A stretch of 60,779 nucleotides of DNA from Girardia tigrina (taxonomy: Eukaryota), in the NCBI GenBank assembly GCA_001938485.1, contig MQRK01252387.1, forward strand, positions 1 to 60,779, read 5' to 3'. A model generated the notes under the pieces. The model saw nothing but the letters and a program-made list of their open reading frames with translations. It was not told the origin of the DNA and made no database searches. The position numbers and the translations under genes were made by a program. Numbering within the stretch: the stretch's first letter is position 1; each line of letters opens with the position of its first letter. Shown here one piece after another: positions 12,501 through 27,500 of the stretch.

Positions 12501-15500
12501 GATGAAACGTATTACGTATGGCACAATATCTACCTTGACAGTTTAGTATGTTAATAAATGTTGTCACTTTTTGTTTATTTATATTTTTATTTCTTGGTTT
12601 ATTAAAACAATTGGCATTTACGCACAACAAAATTGATCATTTCTTTGAATTGACACAGATCAAACTGATTTAATTAATGATTGTATCATTAATTTTAATC
12701 CGTCAGATTTCAATAATTACTTTTTTGAGCTCAATTTTGGAAATAAAAAAGACAAATTTTAGAATAAAATCAACGCTATTTTAATTTTTCATTTAATTTT
12801 TTCATTTAATTTGCAAATTTTTTTCACTGATTATTGTTTTAATAATATTGAAATTGTTCTATTTAATTATTTTTTATTATTTTTATTATTTTTTATTATT
12901 TTATTTATTTTTTATTTTTATTATTATTTTTTATTATTTTTATTTTTTTTATTTATTATTTTTTATTGTGTAAATTTTTTTTATTTTAAAGGATTTTTAT
13001 ATGTGATTTGGGAAATTAGTTTTTAAAACCTTTTTCAAAATAATCAAACATTTATTAATATATTGTCAACACGATGAAAGACTAGTGGAAATTGTTCGTT
13101 CCAGAAATCGGGATGAAAATCTCAAGTAAATTCTGAGTCAACCGTACTTTTTTCCACTCTTTCTTTTTTGGAGTACATATTACTTCTTTCTTTGGTAAAT
13201 ATTTTGAGTGGTTTTGCTTTTTATTAAATTTTCTTGTTTCACCAAAGTATTTGTAGTCATTATTTATTCTTATATGGTAATTAAAATTATGTCCATGTTA
13301 ATTTAATTTTTGCTTATTGATTTCTTGAACTTTTTCATTTGTATTTTAATTTAAATCCTAATCAAAATGAAGAGAAATGAAATAAATTGCTTTAGTTCGA
13401 TCATACTCTAATTTAAATATTTTAGCAATGTTTTTTTCGTTAAGATTTTTGAATATTTATAATTATTTTTTGAAACAGGCAAACATGCTCATAATTTAAT
13501 TTTTTTAATTTGATATTTAATTTAAATATCCTTAACATCTTTCTTAACATTTTGAAAGTAACAGATTTTATACTGTGAAACTTCGCCAGGACCGGACAAT
13601 ATTTTAATTATCAGTTATCAGTTTGAGATCGTCCAGAAATTGTTGCACAATAATTGTCGGTGTAATCATTAAACACATATTGTGTGATTTGCCACTAGCA
13701 GTTGTTCCAGCTATAAGACACATGTTGTGTGAGCGGCCATTAAATTTAATATTATTAACATGGTAAGAAAGTTTTTTTCCGTTACTCTCCACTTCTAAAT
13801 AAGAAAGGAAATTACAATTCTAATACTATTTTTTTGTTAATTCACTTTTATAAATATTTTTTGGCAAAAAAATCAATCTATGATCACTTTTCATATAGGA
13901 TTTGAAAGGTTGTCGGTAAAAATGGAGTTTTCAAAATCTAACAGTCGATTCTATGCATACGTTGAGTGGAAAAATGGAACGACTGCAACTGAAACCTATA
14001 GAAAGTTGTTCAATGCCTTCCTTGATAATTGCCCAACGGAACGCACAATAAAAAACTGGTTCTCTGATTTTACCTCAGGCAAGCGGCTATCGTTGGACGA
14101 TCACCCACGAAGTGGACGTCCTTCAGCAACAACAACTGATGATTTGATTGAAAAGGTTAGGAACATAATTGAGCAGGATGAAAGAATGTCTTTAAGACAC
14201 ATAAATGAAATGCTTTATGTCAACAAAGAATCAATAAGGACAATCCTCCATGAAAATTCGAACAGGAAAAAGATTTTGAGAATCTGGGTGCCTTATCAAC
14301 TGACTGATGATCACAAACGACAACGTATTGAATACTCAAGAATTTTTTTGCAACTTGTGCAACAATATGGGAAAGAATACTTGATGAAATGATGGATAAC
14401 AATTGATGAAACGTGGATATCATTTTCCCCTACATTATGGAGATCCGACTAACGAGTATGGGCAAGTGCAGATGATCCTCAACCACGTGCTGTTCAAAAC
14501 AAAAATTTGGACGAAGAACAATCCTTATTTTGGCACATCGAAGTAGCAAAATCTGGTGAGGCTATCAATTCTGAAAGATATACAGAATTCATTCAAAATA
14601 GTCTTACGAAGTTTAGTAAAGACAGACGACGAGTGAATATGCGAGAAATTCTTTGGCAGCATGATAATGCTCGACCACATTCATCCAAGTTTACCACGGA
14701 GTTTTTTCAGAAAAAAACATGTTGAATTGATTCAACAAGCTCCATATTAGCCTGATTTAAATCAGTGTGACAAATGGCTATTCAAATTTTTAAAAGGATC
14801 ACTAAGAACAACATCATTTGCAAGTGATGAAGAGGTCTTACAAGCGGTCAGTGATATTATGAGGAATCTTTCACGAGAAAAACTTTCACATGAATTTGAT
14901 AAACTTTTTACACATACTGAAAATGTTATTTATTATAATGGTGAATATACTGTTGTGTAGAAATATATATTTGTTGTTTTATATTTGTTTTATTTAGAAA
15001 TTAGAAATACAGAGGAGTAACGGAAAAAACTTTTTTACCATATTAATAGATTTTCTATGTCATCATATTTTTTTTACAAATCTGAATGACTTTGAAACTT
15101 TTCTTTGTTTTAGTTACAGTTTTACTGTTTTTACTATTTGAAATGAGTCTATGACGAATCTGACGTACCCTTTAAAATCTTTTGAAAACAATATCAACTA
15201 AAGTATTTACAACTTTGAAATTTGTCTGCAGCGTTAATTATGTTCGTTCCTTTATCCTGGATCTAACTAATAAATGTTATTATCTATTCTTATTTGTTTT
15301 TATTTCTATAACTATCTGAGTATGATGAAACAATCGGAATTTAGAAAAAACTATGCTTAATCAAAACTATTAGCTGATATTAATTAACATTTGTAAAATA
15401 CTTAATTTTTTAGAATTTCTTTTTAATTTAAAAAATTTAAATATAAAACACAGAGACACCATTTGTAAATAAAAATATATTGGTATTTTTCGGAAGTATA

Positions 15501-18500
15501 ATTTGGTGGAATATGTATTAGTTCTTCAAAGCCTTAGACATTAAATCCCATAACTAAATGAACATTTTTGTATCTTGTAAATTTGAAACTTTTATTAGAC
15601 TGATAAAAAGTGATGCTTGAACACTTTTTAGGATTGGCACTTTTTAATTTCAAGTTGAGCTTGATAAAAGTCAACTCAGAATAATTTCGGATTTTATCAA
15701 AATCATTTTTAATCTTCTTAAACAAAATTTTTAGTAAATCCTTAAATCTAAATAGAAAAAAAATCGTATTTTCTATCTGTTTTCACGAAATATCAAATTT
15801 ATTTAAAGAAGTAAAAGACATTTAAAGAATGTAAATAAAATTAAATAATTAAAAACTTTGTAATTCACAATGCATCAACTCGTAAGAATTAATTCATATA
15901 AATTATCTATACATTTAATATTTTTACATATACATATATATAAATATACTGCCGAAATTTCAATAACAAATGAATATCAACAAAGTATTTAGTCATCAAC
16001 GTCACATAAGTTTTCAAAATATACCCCATTCTACTTAATGCATCGTTGCCATCTTCCCGGTAACTTGTTGATGCCATCCTGAAACAATTGCTGCGGTTTT
16101 GAGTCAGCCCATTGTTGAATATCGTGTATTACAGCAGATGAATTTTGCTACCCAGTCGGGGCATGTTCTGAGGCCAACTGTGCCTTCACCAAGGATGCAG
16201 TTGATTTCTTTATGATTATTGGCAGTTGAAAGTCCTCTCTTCCAGTTGTAATAAATGAATTTTCTAATATTTCCTCGAGAAAACAGCATTTTCAGTACGA
16301 ATTCTCACTAGACAAACGAAAAACATTCGTAATAAATTTAAACAATGTTTAATTTCATACAAATTAAGTATTTTATCATAAAAGTTCTGTTCAAATTGTG
16401 AAAATTTTAACATATATTGTTAACAAAACTACTGAAGAGTACATGGTAAAAATTTCATTAACCGCGAATGCATAGAACTAATTTTAGAAAGCTTTATTCA
16501 TCGGCAGAAACTTTTGAGCCAAACTTGTACATTAAATCCTGTCGAATTGAAATATGAGTTAAATGTCTTTTGCATCATTATAAATAACCTTATATTATTA
16601 TCAACAGAAAACAGCAAAACTTACTTTCAATTCATCATTGAGGTACAAAATTATTTATCAGATTTTTAAATTGTGAATTCTTTCACTTATAATTAGCGGA
16701 CTTTGTATTATTTATTCATATATTTTATAAGCAATAATTTTCAAACTTCTTACCTCCATGCAACATCACAAAACATTTCATTAAGTGGTAGTTCAAGTGT
16801 TAAAGGTTCTGAAAGATGGAATTACAGTTTAAGAATAATTACTCTAAATAATGTAAAAAAAAGATCTTAAAAATCTATAAAAAGTTTTAAAGCATTTCTT
16901 AAATAGCGAGCATTCTATTCCGGCTTTAATATTTATAATTATCTGTAGCGGACAATATGTCGTATTGCAACAACTGTATTCTGAGATTGCAATATTTTCT
17001 ACAGATACCAGATCCTATAAGTTTTCTTTAGGAAGGACTGCGAATCAGAAATATCAACAAAAATTATAAATTTAAGTACAAGAAAATTTTTATATCATTC
17101 TTCTGCAATGAACATAACAAATTGATTTTTTTAAAGGTCAATGTGATTTTATCCTTAGTTCTTCATCCAGAAAAATATTCTACGTTGGAAAAATCCCTCG
17201 ACTACGCCAATATGACTTGGTCATCATAGTTGGACGATTTATTTATTTGGACCTCTGAGAAGTTTCTTTTTCTTCGTCAAATTAAATACATGTTTTACAT
17301 CGCTCTGTTTACAGTGCTTGCTTCAGTTTAATATATTCTCGTACACATTCTTGGGCTATCAATAAATGCTTTGGTTCACCACGAGTAACGATACATGTTG
17401 CGTCAGCCTCAAATTAGTATAAATTATGAATGTTTCTACATGATTTTGATTAATTCTGAATAGATTCTGACTGTTTGTAAAATGATCCTCACTGTCTCTG
17501 ACAAGAATTGTATCAAACTGAAAATGAACTTGTAATGTTTGAGGAGATTTAATTAATAACTTAAATTTCAATGATTCCGAATTTCGATTCTTCGAACTAC
17601 AGGCTTAAATATCCAGTTCGGATAATTCGAAGAAAGATAAATCATAAGTTAATGTTTGGTATTAGACCATTTGTATGTGAGAGTCGATCTCGTGTTGGAT
17701 CTCTCACAAATTACTAAATTATTTTTTCCATTTTTATATTATTCATAATAAAATTATATTTTGAAATAAAAATAACAAAAAAGGTATTAATATCATTATT
17801 ATTTTATTATTTCAGCTAATCCGGGCGATTCGATGAATCTTTTCAATAGAGATCTCTTTCTTCTATCCATTATAAATAATAATTTTATATAATAATATAA
17901 TTTTAAATATAATTTAACTTGGTTTACTTTGAATGATGGAATAAGTTTTGATAAAATAAGGGATATATTAAAGATAGTTTGGTCAAGAAATATTATTAAT
18001 TTTTATTCCTAACAAGTATTATGTACATATTTATATCATATGTATAAATTTTATTCGCTCTTCAAAGAAACCTTTTGAATGAATTAAACATTAATTTATG
18101 CATGTTAAAGAATGAAAAATATTGTTTTATTATATTTTTGAAGAATGAAGATAATAATATTTTTTTTATTTTTCGTCATAACATTTTAGTGTTTGAAAAA
18201 ACGTGAATTAGTTGTTTTAATTTTTAAAGATTATTTATTATAATTAAACTATTAATTAATTGATTATTCATTTTATATATTATTTTCAGGGTATGGGTTT
18301 AATGACCAGCTTGACTATGCCCGTTTACAATAGATCGGTTTGTTTACGTTTTGTGTTTTAATTGACGTTGAAAAATTATTCAATATTAGACAATAAATTG
18401 TTGTTAAATATTATAAAATTATATGAATTATTAGGTTAATGCAAAAGAAATGTCGTTTTTAATGTATTTAATATTGATTGTTTGAAATATTTAGAAAATC

Positions 18501-21500
18501 ATTAATAAATTGATTCATATTTAAATTTACTTTAAAGCTTAAACTTTACTCTATATTTTGATACCAAGTATGACATTATTGTTGTTAATTTAAGGTATGT
18601 TTATTTTATTTTAGAAATGTTAGAAAAGAAGGAAATGAGAACAATTTTATTCTACGATTTCCAACTAGGTTGAAAAGCGACAGAAACGGCTCGTAATATT
18701 AACAGGGTATTTGGACAACATACCAATAATTTACGAAATGTACAACGTTGGTTTTCTAAGTTTCCTAGTGGCAACGAGAGCCTTGAAGATGAAGAACACG
18801 GCAGTGGATCATCACAAGTTGACTACGACCATTTGAAGAAGTTAATTAATGCCGACCCGTATAAAAATTCACAGGAAGTCGCTCAATAACTCAACGTTCA
18901 CCAATCAACAGTTGTTCACCATCTGAAGAAAATCGGGAAAGTGAAAAAGATGGAGAAGGGAGTCCCGCATGAATTAAACGAAAATCAAAAAATCATCTTT
19001 TTAACGTCCTTTTGCGTAATCAAAGCGACATGTTTCTGGATCGAATTGTAACATGCGATGAAAAATGGATCACATACGACAACCGGCGACGTTCAGCTCA
19101 GTGGTTGGATTTCAATGAGGTTCCAAAGCCTTTCCCGAAGCCAACATTACACCAAAAAAAGTCATGGTAACTGTTTGGTGGTCCGCACACAGTTTAATCC
19201 ATTACAGCTTCATAAAACAAGGCGATAAAAAAAATTGATTGACAAATGCAGCAAATTGACAAAATGCACCAAGAACTACAAAAAACGGCCGGCATTAATA
19301 AATAGAAAGGGGCCAATTCTTCTGCATGACAACGCTCGTCCACATGTTGCAAGAAAGACCATGCTGAAGTCAAACGAACTGGGATATGAAACTTTGCCTC
19401 ATCCAACGTACTCACCAGACTTTTCTCTTACAGACTATCACCTTTTTAAACATTTCAGCCAGTTTCTTCTCGAAAAATGCTTCAGAAACCAAGGAGATGC
19501 TGAAAGAGCCTTGGACGACTTCATCAATTCCAGAACTCCAAAATTTTATGAAACTGAAATAAAAAAACTTGTTAACCGTTGACAACAGTGTGTTCAATGT
19601 AATGGTTTTTATTTTGACTAATAAAGTTCATTCTAACGAAAGTTATATTCATTTAAAGTTGATGGTTAAAAACGACATTTCTTTAGCATCAACCTAATAA
19701 AAAATTTGAATAAATATCCTATTGAAGTAATCTTGAGCATTCTGTTTAAAAACTTTAAGAAATAATATTCTGAAGGAAGGAATATTAATGATTAAATCCC
19801 ATTGCTTAAAATTACCTTCATGTTAATAATCTGCATTAAGTTTATAAATTGTGTTTTAAATTTTCCAAATAAACGTTATTTTAGAATCATAACTTCGCTG
19901 CTGAAAATGTTGGAATTCCGAAAAAAATTAATATTTTGTAACGCGAGCGATGAAGGAGAGATTTCCTACTTGGTTTTGCCCTTTTCGCTCGATAATACTA
20001 TGGATAAAGGGATATTGAAAAGTTCTTTTCTTCGTTACACCTAATGATCCTTTACAGCCATAGATTTACAAAGGTATTTATAATGGATCATGATTGGTCA
20101 TTTCTAAGAGTTAAACCGAAACGTGCCAATCCACTGAAGGCTTGCATTCTTTTATCAGAATTGTTGTGATAGAATCCGTAGTTTGGTATTTTTTTGAGGC
20201 ATTTACTAAACACAGACTCTATGATTCATTAACCTGTGTGTCGATTCTGAGTATCGTAGTTTACTTTATATACACAGTTATCTGTCACAGCCGGGGGAGG
20301 CTTATTATACCATTAAAATTTGTGTCTTTACTAATGAACATAAGATAATTAAATTAAATTAAATTCTTTAATTTAATAAAAGTTATTTATTTGTAAAATA
20401 ATGTATTTATTAGATGACATTTTACAATATAAAAAAGAATGAAAAAATAATAATGAATAAAACATTGTGTTAAGCGATTCTTAATTTCTTTCTGATTGAA
20501 CTTTAACTTATCCTAATGAATTATTTACCAATCGAGGTGTCATTGCTTGACACTGCCATGAAAGGAATCCTGCTACCAAGAATATCCCTAAATTAATTTG
20601 ATAAAGTTATTCAAATGCCTTTCTTTCACTGGAATATAATTAAAAAAAACTGCTGTATTTAGTTTTTTTCTAAATGAAGCTGCATTAATGGTGATTATGT
20701 GGTTGTATGAAGTAATAAAAGTGGAAAAATAACATTGACATTTTAATAACTTAATTGCTTTTCGTTATTATTGTCTTATTTTTAGATCATGGTATTATTA
20801 TTGTTAATGAAAAATAATTTTAAAACAATAAATTATTCTTTATTTACAGAAAATACAAATTAATTGGAATGATAAAAAATCATACTTCAGCTATATATAA
20901 AATAAACATATTATAAACATTTCTATTTGACAGATACAAAATAATATATATAATATTTGTCTAAAAAGTATGTTGGTTTGTTTGTTTGTTTATCGGTGGT
21001 GCTTTTCAATGTGAAATTGCGGAAGAACCAGGGTGAATCCATTTAAGATCGTGGTCAATCTGGATAGCCCGTATCAGTACAATTTTGTGGGTGTAGCGCC
21101 ATTGCCGAAAGACGCACGGAAGCCGATGAAATCGATCGAAAACCGTACAGGTCGTTAAATGCTTAAATTAACAACGATTTCAAATAATGATGATTTTGAC
21201 GATTCCTACAAGGAATTTCGTGGAAAGTTTTATCAAGAATATACTAAATTATTTGATAAATGACCATTTTTATCACTTATTTACTAATTATATTTCTAAA
21301 AATCAATTTAGGTTAAAAAAAAGTATTACTTGGGGGGGAGGGGGGTTTCGGAAATGTTTCTTAAAATCGAAATGCTAAAGTATTTAGAGAAAGACTTCTG
21401 TGATGAAATTTGACGAAGGAAAGAAGGGGTTGGAAATTTGCTAAAATTGCGTGACATCATTTGTGGACAGTCCTAAAATGCAAAATAGTGGAGGAACAGT

Positions 21501-24500
21501 GAGTGAATCTGCATAAAATTGAGATAACTGTGCATAGTCCGCATAGAAACGGTTCTGTCTCTACAGTTCCTTTGCCGAAAGGCTCCGGGAGCCGACTTAA
21601 CTGACTGACTGTTAAATCAACACAGAATTCGAAACAATAAATAATAAATAATAATTACGATTTAAAAATTAAAACAGAAACTTTCAAAGTCGAAAATTCA
21701 GCTCCCCTCGTTTATGACGGGTCTTTTTCTAGTTGAATAATAAATGATGACTTATATTCAAATTATTCTCATTAAATACCCTAAAGTATCGAAAATGAAC
21801 AAGCCTCTCCGACTGTGACGAATAACTATGTATACATAGTAAACTACCATACTCAGCATTGGCACACAAAGTAGAGAATCAAAGACTCTGAGTCGAGTAG
21901 AACCTCAAAAAAAATTTAAGAGCTTTTGATTTCATCAAATGGTTTTTGATTCTGAGTAAATAAACGGTCTATTTGTCGTATCTTTCAGCATGATACCTAA
22001 TCTATGCGTTTCCATCAGTATGTCCACACCGGCAATCAATTTTTCTAAAGTATCTGTGACACTTACAAATTTCTGATCATCGAACAAGCTCTCATTCCAC
22101 ATGCGTACCTTCAACCTCAACCGTCTTACTCTCGTAGGAGGACACTAGTCCAGTCCTCACTTACTGCAAGATCCAATTGTTTTGCGAGCGATCTCAGTGT
22201 TCTCTTAATAATATTTATTAACAACATCACAATTTGAATGTAAACATTTATTTACATCACAAACAGATTCTTCACAACAATTTTCAAAGGTCATCTTTCT
22301 TTGATTGAGTATTTAAATTTTAAGTATTCAAATCTAAAAAAACAATGAATGGGAAATTTTAATATTAACTTTTAATTTCTTAAATTTTATTGGATGAAAA
22401 TGCATTATGTAATTTTTTAAATAAACATAAATTTTTAAAATATATTAAATTTAATAAGTTAAAATCATTTACTAAAAATATTATTAAAATTCATAATTAT
22501 AAAACTTTAATAAATTAGTATTTAAAATTAATATCATTAGATTCAAATAATCAATCAATGAACATATCAATCCCATCTGAGTAGAGGAGTATCTAAACAG
22601 CATACAAACAACAAACTTACAACATTCCAAATTATCCCTCACAATATTAACATACCTTATTATCCTCTTTCTTGGTTTTGTGAATGTCGATTTCATCTAA
22701 TATTTCCTTAATTATTCTGATGAGATTTTTAACATCCCTATTTTAAATTTTAATTATAATAAAATGAACTATTTTATAGAAATAAAATAATTTACTAATA
22801 TTTTATTTAGCTTTCAGTGCAGTTAAATAAATATAAAGAAATGTTGCGGAAATTTGTTTCCATTTGATAAGATTTGATTATGTTATTCATGCAATGAACA
22901 TTGTGTTTTAGTTTAAACTAATTCTTGAGTAAAAAATAAAGATGAAAGTAAATAATCAATATTTTGAAAATTTTAATATTTTTTTAATAAATAATGTTCG
23001 ATTTCTCAAGTTTGTTAAATTTCATAATTTTTTTTTCAAAATTTAACAATTAATAATGGGATAAAACTATTTTCATCAAAATTTTCTTCACCACATTCTT
23101 TTTTCATGAAGTCATTTTCATCGAAAATTACTTTTAACTCTACAGACTAACATTAATCTAATGTCTGACAGAGTCCACATTCATGAGACCAAGAATGAGG
23201 AGGAAGGAGAGCGTTTTAATGTAGTGTCCTTAACACATAAAATGAGAGACTTTCTTTCAGGGAAATTGAAAATCGACAATATATTGAAAACTAATCTTGT
23301 ATATAAATTTAATTATCACGCTTATCAAAACCATTAAATTGTGATCTATGCGAGCAAGTCGGACATACTTCCACGTGTTGTTCTTGTGAAACTAGAAGGA
23401 TGGTTTAACTTCGTCTCTAGGCGAAAGTGTGTAAGAGCAAGCTTAAATAATGCTTGAAAAAAAGTCGGACGTGAATTATTAGTACCATTTGGACAGTATT
23501 CCACTTACAAGTTTAGCTACTATTCTTCATATGAGGGCCGTGGGTCTGATTTGTGGTACTTTTATTTGAAGACAGCTGTGAATGACGGTGGACCCGCAGT
23601 CAATGGTGAGATAGGTTTAGGGATTTAATGGATTGAAATCACGATACCTGTTAGGACCATATTTTTTTGAAGGGCATGTGAATGGAAATTCTTATTTGGA
23701 AATGTTGCGAACATGGTTAATACCTCAGCTGCAAGGCAATAGGCATCATGAATAGTGTTTGATTACAGCAGGACGGAGCTCCGATTACTTATGCTATTCA
23801 GGTGCACTGGATTAGTTGTGGTTTATCAGCATACCCAGCTTTATTTAAATAGTCACCACGAAACCAGGACCTTACATTACAAGACTAATTGTGAGGAGTA
23901 ATCAAATCCAATGTCGTCTAACGATAGTACATGAATAATAAAGAATTTCGGGAAAGTATGTAGGAAGCCTTTCGAAGCATAACTCATGAAAGATCTCTGT
24001 GTTAGATATGATGCTGAACATACAGATCCTTTGGCTCGTAGAGGACATGGATACGTCTAGATCTTTGTGTATATGTTTATAAAAATATCTTACGGATACG
24101 CAAACTTCTCGGGCATATTGTATATATATAAAAGTTTGTTATAAATAATTCTTTAATACATAGATAACTTTTTTTATAACGTCATAAATTGAAACATCTT
24201 ACAATAACCTAATATGCCATAAAAGTACAATAAAAATATTTTTACAGTTGTAATTGTCACAAATATTTGTAGTTTATTTATTAGTTTAAATTCATAAAAG
24301 AGAATTAATTAAAATGTTTACAATTTCTAATGGAAATGTTATTTATGTTTTTATCTTTTATATCAAAAAGAATTTTGAGTGATAAAATCAAAATTAATAT
24401 ATAAAATATATTTACAAACGAATCGTTGTTGTTATTTTATTTATATATTTTTATATTTTCATGTAATAATTATACTTTTCTTAAATCAAATTCAGTGAAA

Positions 24501-27500
24501 CAAAATCAAAAGTAATAAATAAAATAAAATATAAATAAAATGGTAGTTTTCTTTTTTTTTTGTTTCTTTTTTATTTTATGTAATATAAAATTGATTTATT
24601 TACAATTTATTGAGCACTTGGGATCGATGTTGAATAAAAATACGATCATTTAATTTACTTTCATCTTTTAATTGATTTATTGATCATTCTAATGTACGAC
24701 ATTCAGGGAAATGGATCATTCCTCGGATTACTGGGAACTGACATGACGGTGGCTTTCATGGATGATCTTGTCCCACACGATAAAGTACGCAAATGCAAAT
24801 CTTCTATTTAAATTCATTCATTTTATATCATTTTTTTGGAAAAAAAATCAAAAAATAATAATAAAATCGAGAACAAATTGTTTTATTCGATTAGTTCTCT
24901 TTTTTTAAATTAGACACGTTTCAATCAGAAAGTAATTTTTCCAGGAAAACTGCTTTCTCTGGCTCTTCGAGTTCGTCATTAGATTTAGCATCTCTCGTAA
25001 ATCAAGTCAATTTTGATGAATGGAAAAGATCAGAAATTATATGTATTTTTCAAAAGTTATTATAATACGTTTTTTTTGTTTATTTAAAATGGGAAATTTT
25101 GTTTTAATTAATAATGAAAAGCGTATTTCAAATTGCTAAAAATAGTTATTTGTTATTGTTAAGAGCATTCAGACAATTAGCATTATACGTTTTATTAATA
25201 TTACATTTAGAGTCATCACAATGAGAAGTTAGTTAAAATTTGCAATTCGCCAAAATTATTTATTAATTTTTTTTTTAATTTGAAAATTTAAAAAAATTTA
25301 AAATATGCACAAAGTTTTAAAAAAATTAAAATGATCTTTGAAAGAAAAGAAACAAAAATTAAATAATTATATAAAAAACAAAAATGTTTATGTCAAGAGA
25401 ACTCACACATTTGACAGAACATTTATTACATTGACAATTTCGATCATCTTCATGACAATCAATAGCATTGCTTTCACTTGAATCTACCACTCAATGTTTT
25501 ATTCTTCTCGTTTCAATCTCAACTAACTTTATGGAAATTATTTTATTTAAAATATTTAATTTAAATTTTATTGGCTAAAATAAAATTACTTTTTATAATC
25601 ATAATACAGAATTCCTTTGAAATCCAAATACACATAAAGCATGACTTTCATCTGTTTAATTAAAGATCTTTTTCACTTTGCATTGTTAAAAACGATCTGT
25701 TTTTCATCACCCGTTCTTATTTGTTTCAAAAACAGTACTTTGTTTAGCATTTGTAAAGCGAATTCTAAATGTATACTCTGATCAATTGGATTGTTTTCGC
25801 TCAGATTATAAGGAACCAAACATTGTGCTTCCCTAAAAGCTTATTAGCGGTGATTTTCGAAATCTTCGGTATTTCTACTAATATACGAGTCTTTTGATTA
25901 ATTTCAATCATGGTCTTAAAATATTCATCATAACTGTTGGAGGATATGCCAGTGTACTCTTGGTCTTTTAAGTTCAAATCATCAACTCTAAACATGGAAA
26001 CCCACTTGTGAACTGTTTTTGTGGCTAAATCATATTCTCTGTAAACATTACATAGTTTGTTTCTTGCTTGAGTAGCATTCTTGGCCTTCTTGAAATAGAA
26101 AAGCATCAAGTATCGAAAATGCAGCTTGTTTTCTTTCATTTTCAATACGATGTATTGCGGGTACAAATCAACTTAGATAAACATTTCTTTGTCAGACCAT
26201 TATTTTTATCATTCAAATGTTGTCTATGCCTTTGACAAATTCTAATATATTAGGTTGTTTAAAAAATAATGTCGCTTTTTGAATGGTCCTGATTTTTGAT
26301 CATGTTTTGAAATAAATCTTTATCATTTATTTAAGTTTAATTCATAATTTTTAAGCATATGAAAAACTCTATTTCTATGATACTTTGTTTAAATATTAAC
26401 TTTAAAATAACATGTTTATTTAAATAGTTGTCAATATGCAAAAAGTGCAATGACGAGCAATTTTTTATAAGAATTCGAACTTGGCCACAAAACATCGGAC
26501 GTATGTTACAACGTTGGTTCAAAAAATTTCAAGAAGGAGATGAGACTCTCAAAGATGATGATGGCCTTGGACGGAAACCAGCTATTGAAAATGAAAATTT
26601 GAAGGCTCTAGTAGAAGCAAATCCACGCACAACAGTTCGACAGCTTGCGGAGGAACTAGGTGTCACGATAGGAACAATTTCAAACCATCTGCGTGACATT
26701 GGGAAGTCGAAAAAACTGGATAAATAGATTCCATACAAATTAAATGACAATCAAAAAATGCGTCGTTTTGAGGCATTGTCTTCCCTTCTTCTGCGGAACA
26801 AGAATGATCCGTTTCTGGACCGAATTGTAACGTGTGATGAAAAGTGAATTTACTACGACAATCGGAGACGTTCTTCTCAATGGTTGGACCACGATCAAGA
26901 TCCGCAACCCTTTCCGAGGCCGAAATTGTACCAAAAATGATGATGGTGACTATTTGGTGGTCTGCAGCCGGTGTTATTCGTCATAGCTTCTTAAATCCAG
27001 AAGAAACAATTACGGCAAAGAGATACTGTCAGAAAATTGTCAAAATGAACCAGAAACTCCAATAACAACAACCACCTTTAGTGAATAGGAAGTGGCCTAT
27101 TCTTCTCCACGACAACGCTCAGCCACACATCGCACGTCTGACAATGCAACTGTTGAACGAACTTGGCTATGAAATTTTGAGTCATCCACCATACTCACCT
27201 GACCTCTCACCTGCTGATTATCACTTTTTCAAACATCTTGACATTTTCCTCCAGGATAAATACTTCAAAAATCAAGAGGATGCTAAAACTGCCTTCAACG
27301 ATTTCATCGCCTCCAGAATGTCAATATTTTATGAAACCAGAATGTGCAGCGTTGGCAAAAGTGTATTGATGCTAACGGTAGTTAATTCGATTAATAAAGT
27401 TGATTCTACGCTGAGATATTTGTCTTTAAAGATTAAGGTTAAAAATTGACATTACTTTTTAAACAACCTCATAATAGAGTCGAGAGAAAATACAGAATTA

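Noticed and set aside
12811-13026. Hydrophobic F/L/I/Y-rich ORF resembling a membrane protein
   Set aside because: Translation of a T/A low-complexity tract.
16600-17600. Coding-like minus-strand region
   Set aside because: Stops in all frames and no assignable motif; probably a highly decayed TE.
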